This document shows, piece by piece, positions 44,440 to 64,000 of a DNA stretch of 64,000 nucleotides. The notes under the pieces are model-generated. The model saw only the letters and a list, made by a program, of their open reading frames with translations, had not been told where the DNA came from and did not search any database. Origin of the DNA: Blastocystis sp. Blastoise (lineage: Eukaryota; Protista; Bigyra: Opalinata). The translations under genes and the position numbers were made by a program. Within the stretch, counting starts at the first letter, position 1; every line of letters begins with the position of its first letter. The stretch lies in assembly GCA_039096225.1 (NCBI GenBank), contig JBBPEB010000019.1, forward strand, positions 310,001 through 374,000, in the 5' to 3' direction.

Positions 44440-46474
44440 AAGTACCTGTACCAGAGTGACCTCCTGTACCAAAGTGACCCGTTTTTGTTTTGTTTCCATA
44501 TTTACGGGAAAAAATATTTTTTCACTGTATTTAATAAAGATAAACATGTAAATAACATTTTTTCAATAAAAATAGTCTTTTTTCTGTTTAAAACAAAACA
44601 AGAAATTTTTTTTGACATAAATTAATAACAATTATAAAAAAATAAGTATATATATGATATATTATATAAAAAAAAAATAAAAAATATATATATAGAAAGG
44701 AATATCTTTATTCATTAACTATTATTTCATCTTCTGAAACAGTATTATCAAGTTTATCACTAAATTCATCCTCCATCATTTCTCTATTGATATTAGTTAA
44801 GATTTTATTTGACACTTTAGATGATTTTCTAGTTACTTTACTACGGGGACGATCATCAAAATCCTTGATAAACTCATTCTCATCATCAATAAGAAGTCTC
44901 GAAGCTTGCCATGCACTTAAAATATTTCTTCTTGTAAAAGCTTCACTAAAAGCATCCTCAGATGCTGCTAATAACGAATATCTATTTGTTGTTTTATAAT
45001 ATCTTCTAAATTTTGATTTATATACATTGTATATAACTAAATCAAGCGGTTGAAAGACACTAGTAGTATTTTTTGGAAGTACAATTACATCAATACGGTT
45101 ATTCTCACATAAACTAAGAAAATCAGTATCATTACGTGTTGTATGAGCATCAAGAATAAGTAGACAATAATCATTAGTACTATCAAGATTCATATCTTTT
45201 CTCTTTTTATTAACATATGGAAGAAAAACATCTTGAATCCATGAGTATAACACATGTGCATTTATCCATCCAGACTTAGCAGACCATACTTTTATATAGG
45301 ACAGATTTTGCTTATCTATTTCTTTAATATTATAAGTATCTCGATCAACAACATAAGAGGAAGGAACTGCAGTACCATCAGCACAAATACAACCAATTAG
45401 TGTTGTATGAGTAACACTATTACCTTGTTTTGTTATTGGTAAATGATCATTATCAACTGCAACAGTAACTCTTGATCTTTTATCACCAGGAGTAACCCAT
45501 GACTCATCCATGTTGAATATAAGAGAAGTTTTGATTTTTCTTTTATTTATTACATAATGAATATTCCTATACAGTATCTTTGCATCTTTCTTTGTTGGTC
45601 TAGCTTTTTCTTCATAATTTGTTAGTGGTCTTTTCAATAGAATATTATTCTTTTTAAGCAGCTTCCTTACATACCCTTCTGATACAGTAATCATACAGCC
45701 AATACCGTTTCGACACCTTTCAATTGATCTCTTACGTATTTCTTCAGCTATTTCATTCTTCGAAGGACAGTTATTCACATTAATTTGTGACTTAATCCAT
45801 TCTATTATTTCTACTTCTTCATTTTCATTAAGAACATGTTGATTACCACGATTATTAAGTGATACATCTTCATTCAGAACGTTTTATTGTAGACGGAGAC
45901 ACTTTAGTGATAGCACTAATACTAGATAAGGATAATTTCTTCATACCATTCTTTCCATTAAACACTTTTCTTATAGCACAGGACTTCTTTCTAGGACTTC
46001 TTTCTTTCTCAACTTCAGGATGATTCAGAACTTGATTTAGGGTTAAATTAGAATCAAGAATATCAAGATCAGGAAGGGGAATACTAGTAGTATTATCATT
46101 TTCGGATATATTTTCTATATTCATCGTATAATTAATTTATTTAAAAAAAAAACAATAATAAAATAATTATGAATAAAATATGAAAACAATTAGATAAAGC
46201 CAGTTAGTATTCGTTTTAACTGAATACAAAAAGAATATTTTAGAAAGTTCTAGAATATATTTTCCGTTTTTTTCTTGTGAAAATTTTAAAAATTATACTA
46301 TTTCTGTTCTTAAAAACCTTTTTTAAACAGAAAAAAGACTATTTTTATTGAAAAAATGTTATTTACATGTTTATCTTTATTAAATACAGTGAAAAAATAT
46401 TTTTTCCCGTAAATATGGAAACAAAACAAAAACGGGTCACTTTGGTACAGGAGGTCACTCTGGTACAGGTACTT
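44440..46474 (-). mobile_element. pogo/Fot1-like Tc1-mariner superfamily transposon with ~154-bp TIRs and TA target duplication
   Basis: 44440-44593 is the reverse complement of 46321-46474. TA at 44438-44439 and 46475-46476. Each TIR has two ~17-bp direct repeats (cctgtaccaRagtgacc). Confidence 0.93.
44708..46124 (-). pseudogene. Intronless DDE_1 (pogo-like, DD35D) transposase with one frameshift near 45878
   Basis: N-terminal HTH (LSLSSISAITKVSPSTIKR), second HTH/CENP-B-like region, FNMDESW, CICADG, SGWIN, LILDAHTTR, then 35 residues to QPLD. ORF1 stops at TGA 45870 while the +1 frame continues into the 356-aa ORF. Confidence 0.88.
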
Positions 46475-46790
46475 TAAAAGAAAATTGCCAACAACAATTT
46501 AAAAATTTGTTTTCAGATTAATTTAGTAATATTCAGTTAATCATTTTTCATTTTTTTTTCATTTTTTTTATTTAATTAAAATAATCATAATATTTACAGA
46601 AGATTCTACTTCGAATCAATATTCTGAAAAGTATACAAATAATATATACATAAAATATAATAATTTGGGTTTTAATAAAAAATAAAATACTATTATTTTT
46701 TATAGGTGATTCTTCGATTAATATAGACTATCTGTGAAGCGTCCACAACTAAGGACAAGACAGTTAGAAAAATAAAAACAACTAATACTC

Positions 46791-57721
<10,931 letters not shown>

Positions 57722-58649
57722 TATATTATATATATATTTATTAATATACATATTTTATTAAATAATTTCTTTTTTCATTTTTAAATCTATTTTTATTTCG
57801 TATATTTATATATTTTTCATCTTTTCTTCTTTTATTTGATTTTTTTTAATAAATTTATTTGTTTGGGTAGTGAAGATTTTTATATAAAACAAAAAATATG
57901 TTATTTATATTATTGTTCATTTATGTATATATTTATTTTTTTAATGCGATACTTATCACTATAATTAAATGTTAATCAGAAAGGAGTTACGACTACATAA
58001 ATTATAATCATTATCATCCTTGTCATAACGTTTTCTTTTAAGAAAAAAAATCAATTTACCTTGTAAAAGAGAAATCTGTGAATTCTATATGACATTTACA
58101 GCGTGAAGTATTTTTGAACAAGTATATACTTTGACTATATATAAAAAATACAGCTTATAAAAAATGGAACAATTTACTTCCTTTTAAAACATTATTTTCA
58201 TGATTTCGTCTTCTATATACAATATTCTTGGCATGTTTTACATCATTTAAATTAGATTTAGTAACAAGATGAAATGGCGGTATCATTAAAAATGAAAACC
58301 TAATACAATTTTGTAAAAGTAATATACTCGGAATAAGTGTTAGTCTAATTAATATGTTATGTTTATACACTCATAAAAGAAAATGAATGAGAAAGGATGC
58401 TAATAGAAGAATAATCAAAAACGAGCAAATCAAAACACAGTAAATCCATAAAAATGATGAATTCATAATAAATCATGATAATAATGAAGATTTACGATAA
58501 AAAAAGTAGATATTCATGAAACATCATGAATATCTGGGTTTCTCTGTTTAGATAGAGAATTTTTTGAAGACATTGAAAAAAAAAGAGAATCACACCTAAA
58601 GTATTTTGATTGTAAAGTGTTCTTTTGTTATTGAATTAAATAAATCATC

Positions 58650-59465
58650 ATGAATCGATTGATGAAAAGTTCTGCTCTTCTTATGAGAAGTGCTAAAATG
58701 ATGAAGACAACTAGTGTCAGTATGTCTCAATTTCGTAGATTCCTTGAAACCTATACACCTGAAAATGTTCCTGTTCCTTTCCCAGAGAGTCTTGATGAAA
58801 CAAGTCAAAAGCTTGCATGTGGTGTTTTAAATCAAAAAAGAGCACTACTTAGTCGTGCTGTCACTTTAAGTATGTTTTTTTTTTATTATCGTCTCTTTAT
58901 ATATATGTAACTGTTTCATATATGTGTATCTGTTTTTGTTGTTATAATAATAAAAATCATAAATAAATAAATAAAAATTATATATATATTTATATAGTGG
59001 AATCTCATCATCCTAAGCATATTCAACAAGCTGAAGATTTACTTGATTATATATTAAAAGCTCGCCGTCATATAAATGCAATTGAACATCCACATGAATT
59101 TGTTCCTGGTTCTTTTCGAATTGGTATTGCAGGTCCTCCGGGTGCTGGTAAAAGTACATTTATTGAAGCTTTTGGTACTATGTTATGTAAACAAGGACAT
59201 AAAGTAGCTGTCTTAGCTATTGGTATATATATATTAGTTTTATTCATTCTTTTAAATATATAGTATTGTTTTTTTAAATTTATAGAATTAATATATATAG
59301 TTTATGTTATAATATCATATATATATATATATATAGATCCTTCTTCTACTCGTTCTGGTGGTAGTATATTAGGTGATAAAACACGTATGCTCGAATTATC
59401 TTATCATCCCAATGCTTTTGTTAGACCTTCACCTTCTCAATGTAACCTAGGTATATATATATATA

Positions 59466-59514
<49 letters not shown>

Positions 59515-60221
59515 ACTGTATAGGTGGTGTAGCAGAGCATACAAGTGATTTAGTATTATTATGTGAGGCTGCAGGATATGATATAGTAATAGTAGAGACA
59601 GTAGGTTTGGGTCAATCGGAAGTACAAGTAGATGATATGGTCGATATGCTTATGCTATTAATGCCACCTGCCATGGGTGATGAATTACAAGGATTTAAGA
59701 AAGGTATTATGGAACATGCAGATATGGTCGTTATTAATAAAGCAGATGGAGCACTAGCTAAGTATATATATTACTTTTATTTTTATTTTTATTTTATTTT
59801 ATTTTATTATTTTTATATTTTATTCTTGTTTACTTATTCTTTATTTAGTTATTTTTATATTTTATTCTTGTTTACTTATTTTTATTTATTTATACAGTGT
59901 TGCTATGAGAAGTGAACAAGAGAATCGTCGTGCTGTTCAACTTCAAAGACCTAAATATCCATTCTGGGAATGTGAAGTATATACTATTATATTTATTATA
60001 AATAATTTATATATATATATATATTATATAATAAAATCATTATTCTATTTTATTCTTATTTATATTAAAGGTAACCCGTTGTAGTGCTATTGAAAAGACG
60101 GGTATTGAACGTGTTTGGAAGATCTGTAGTGATTTTAGAGATGAAGCTATGAACAATAATGCTATAGAAGAAAAACGTATTCAACAAAATGAAGCCTCTA
60201 TGTGGGCTCAATTATTTACAC

Positions 60222-60298
<77 letters not shown>

Positions 60299-60343
60299 GT
60301 TATTATTATTATTAACAAAATTATTATTATTATTATTATTATG

Positions 60344-60442
<99 letters not shown>

Positions 60443-60625
60443 AAAATTATTATTATTATTAATCTAATTATTATTATATAGGTATTAGGTATTTCTAAGT
60501 CAAGTGAAGCTGTAAATAAGAAGGCTATTGAATTAGAAGAAGTTATGAAAAATGGTGGTATTACTCATAGAAAAGCAGGTAGATTATTAATGGAAACTTT
60601 ATTTAATAGTTATTCTAAACAGTAA
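58650..60625 (+). CDS. MMAA: Methylmalonyl-CoA mutase-associated GTPase MMAA/MeaB/ArgK with mitochondrial-type presequence
   Basis: [93 protein letters not shown] and VINKAD. Arg/Ser/Met-rich acid-free N-terminus; TAA at 60623-60625. Confidence 0.95.
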
Positions 60626-61399
60626 AATTTTTCTCTATAATACTATTTTATTCCACTTTTAGAATCATTTTATTTGAATACTTCATTCTATTCAGTTTAT
60701 ACATTTTATATATATATAAATCTATTTTCTTATTTTTCATATTTTTTTTCTTGAAACAGTTTTTCATAAGAAAACCATAATTTATAACTTTCTTGCATAT
60801 ACGCAAATATTCTTCTTTATATATCTTTTGCTTTAATCTTTCAATAAACACGATTTCTGTATGTTTTGTTCTATTCTATATGTCTCAAGAAATTTTTATT
60901 TTCATAATTTTAAAAATATTTTTTTTTAATAATTTTAAAGCATCTGTCTTTTTATTTACTACATATTTCAATAATGTTCAACATGTTATTACCATTTTAA
61001 GACACACTAGATGGACATTTTTCAAATTTATTTATTATAGAATTGGATTAAATCTTATTTAATAATAGATTCATTTAATGACAATACTTTTTTATTTTCA
61101 AATATCAAAATCATGATTCTTACACATTATATATTAAAAGAAAATGTTCATAACACAAATAGAAAAATAAATGCGGAATAATTTTTGGATAATCCAAAGA
61201 AAATTATAATAGGTACAGAAATATATATATATATCCTAAATTAATCAAGAATTATCGATATTTCTCAGAATTATGCCCTAAACAATTTAAATGAGTCTTT
61301 ATTAAGAAAATAAAGAGTAGATACTTAAAAATAACCGCAATTATTGAATATCTTTTATTTGTTTATTGTTTTTATATACTATTTTGGAAGATATACAAG

Positions 61400-62932
61400 A
61401 TGTCGCATAGTGGTTTAGAATCCTATGAGATGGTATTACAATCCATCTATGATCTTGCTGGAAAGAGAAAATTCTCGTCATTATTAGCTCCTCTTCGTAA
61501 ACTCTCTATGTATATTCATAAGATTCCAATTGAAGTCACTCTCCAACTCGCTGAATATATCCTTTACATCTATTATATCTATATATATATGATTTCATTG
61601 ATTCAATTATTCATTTTTCTATTTATCATGTCATAATTCATGCCTTAATATGCTTAAATTTGTCTTCTATGCATAAAGGAAATGATGAAAGAAAATCTAT
61701 CAGAATTATCCATATGATTATTGGTGAAACCTACTTTTTAGGTACTACTGAACAAAAACAAATGTTAAAGAATATCCTAAAACAAGAAATAGAATACCCT
61801 ATGTATCCCCGCTATGCTTCTTGTATTAAAATTTATATATCTTTATGTAAAGATTTAAATGATACTCAATCTATTTTAATGGCAATTGAACCTAAATTAA
61901 AAGAAGGTCTTTCTAAAACTGGAGGTGATAAATTTGGTTCTTCTGTAGGCATGCTTACTGAATTATATTCTTGCTTATTCTTTGCTCAATTACCTTTAAA
62001 ACAAATTGAATCTGTATTGATATATATATATATTTTTTGTTATTTATTATGTATTATTTATTATTTATTATTTATTATTTATTATTTTTTATTTATATAT
62101 ATATTTTTTATTATTTATTATTTATTATTTATTATTTATTATTTATTATTTATTTATATACTATTAAGTATACTATTATATAGTATATCCGTTCAGGAAT
62201 GAATAGTGATAATACTTCAGTAATTCGATTCTCCTTAGGTTGTTTAATGATTAGTTTTAATAATGATACTGATCTTGTTGAAAAAATATTTAGTACTTTT
62301 ATTAAATCAGATGGTACTCCTTCTTCTTCTATTCGTTTAGATACTCAAGGTTATTTATATTATATTCGTTTATGTTATTTATTATATATAAAGACTAATT
62401 GTAGTAATCCTCTTTATATTAAAGGATTATGTAGTTGTTTAAATGGTAATCCTTCTATTGCTCTTATTACTACATCTATTGAATTATTAAGTAAAATAGG
62501 ATATACTCAAATTAATAAATTTGATACTCGAGGTAATGAAACACAAGGATTAGGTATATTTATGATTTTTTATATATTATTCTTTATTTATGATTTTATA
62601 TATTATTATATTTATTTTTTTATTTATTATTTTATTTATTTTATTATAATATAATTCTGTATTCTATAGAATTAGTCAAGTTTATGCTTGATAATTTGAA
62701 TAGTAATTTAACTTATTCTATTAATAATAACGATCAGCCTTTATTTATTACTGTTACTCGTTGTCTTATTAATATTATTAAAGCATTAATTAAACAATTC
62801 AAAACAAGATCAAATATTCAAGGAAATAGCTTCTTTGAACAAGCGAAAACTCAATTTGATTCTATATACCAATCTTGTTTACCTATGATTGAACATCAAA
62901 ATATGGCTCTTAAAACTGCTGTATTTATTATG

Positions 62933-62989
<57 letters not shown>

Positions 62990-62995
62990 TTATCA

Positions 62996-63050
<55 letters not shown>

Positions 63051-64000
63051 GGGTATTCAAATATGTATATGGTTAGTAACACCTTTAGAGAATGGTATAC
63101 AATCAGAAGAATGTTCCAATCTCTTAAATAAGCTGAAAGTAACTGAATTACCTTCAGATTCAGTTACTTTAGTTATGAATACTTTACATAGTCGTATTGA
63201 ATGTACTCCTGAATTAGCTTCTTTTTCAGTTTTATTAAGTTGGGCTTGGTTAAAACTGAATCCTCTATCTATTTCTGTTAATGATCTTACTACTGGTTGG
63301 AAATTATGTTTTGAAAATAAAGATGATCATGATGTAGAATTAACTTTAGAAGTATATATTAACTATTTTATTTATTTATTTATTATTATTATATATATAT
63401 ATCTTTTTTTTTTAATTTATTCTTTTCATTTATTTTAACTTTTTCTTTTTTGAAATTCATTCTTATAAAATATATTTTTATTATTTAACTTATGATATAT
63501 ATATAGCATATATACAAAGTATTAGATTTATCCGTTGCTAATGTTGAAATAGAACAATATTTATCTATATTAAAAACATCTTCTATTTGGTTCTTAGGAG
63601 AATGCTCTTCTTTCTTTAAGAATACTACAAATGAAAGTGAAGCTAAAGATATAGAGAATAAAGATACTATCAATGATGCTATATTTGATGCTAGTCAATA
63701 TTATCAAAGTATTATATTAAGACTTCAAAAAGGTGCTTTAATTGGAGATTGGGCTGTATGTTATTATGTTTATTATTATTATTATATTTATTATGTTTAT
63801 TATTTTATAAATATATGTTTATTTTTTTATTATTATGTTTATTATGTTTATTATTTTATAAATATATGTTTTTTAATTTTATTATTATTATTATATACTC
63901 ATCTCAATAGACACGTAGAGAGAGTATTCGTGCCTTAGGGAAGATTGGTATAAAGGCAGGAGAACCTATTCGTATTACTATCTATGAAATGCTACGTAAT
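61400..64000 (+). CDS. 5' part of an ARM/HEAT solenoid resembling TSET complex large subunit TSAUCER (plant TASH3)
   Basis: Spliced end region IWFLGEC...IILRLQKGALIGDWATRRESIRALGKIGIKAGEPIRITIYEML resembles the TASH3 motif as I recall it (WFLGEN...LTRLQRCAFSGSWEVR...AIRSGEP.R.QIYE.L). Runs off the window. Confidence 0.55.

Overview
Extremely AT-rich, intron-dense eukaryotic (protist) nuclear DNA, full of (TA)n and (AAT)n microsatellites. Most short ORFs in the supplied track are exon fragments or repeat artefacts. The gene content (MMAA with a mitochondrial-type presequence, a TSET subunit, a BTB-TLDc gene, a bacterial-type gene) would fit an anaerobic stramenopile such as a low-GC Blastocystis relative; that is inference only. 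Spliced genes reconstructed by hand: EED/ESC-like WD40 (3' part), rifampin phosphotransferase-like enzyme, TLDc protein, TAF11, MATH-ankyrin protein, catalytically degenerate JmjC+PHD protein, CMTR1-like cap methyltransferase, a giant Asn-rich protein ending in a Zn-ribbon and J-domain, MMAA/MeaB, and TSAUCER/TASH3-like (5' part). Three DNA transposons are present. (1) A 3.3 kb piggyBac-like element whose intron-containing transposase has a SAP domain inside the catalytic core, no Cys-rich tail and an apparent AAAT target duplication. (2) An 11.5 kb Mutator-like element (210-bp TIRs, 9-bp TSD, no transposase) carrying degenerate intron-containing host gene fragments and a tRNA-like unit, i.e. 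a Pack-MULE. (3) A 2 kb pogo/Fot1-like DD35D element. Window-wide patterns: introns bounded by, or made entirely of, (TA)n microsatellite (extreme case G(TA)27G), and a strongly recurrent CpG-centred motif CRCGG(GA|TT)AT.
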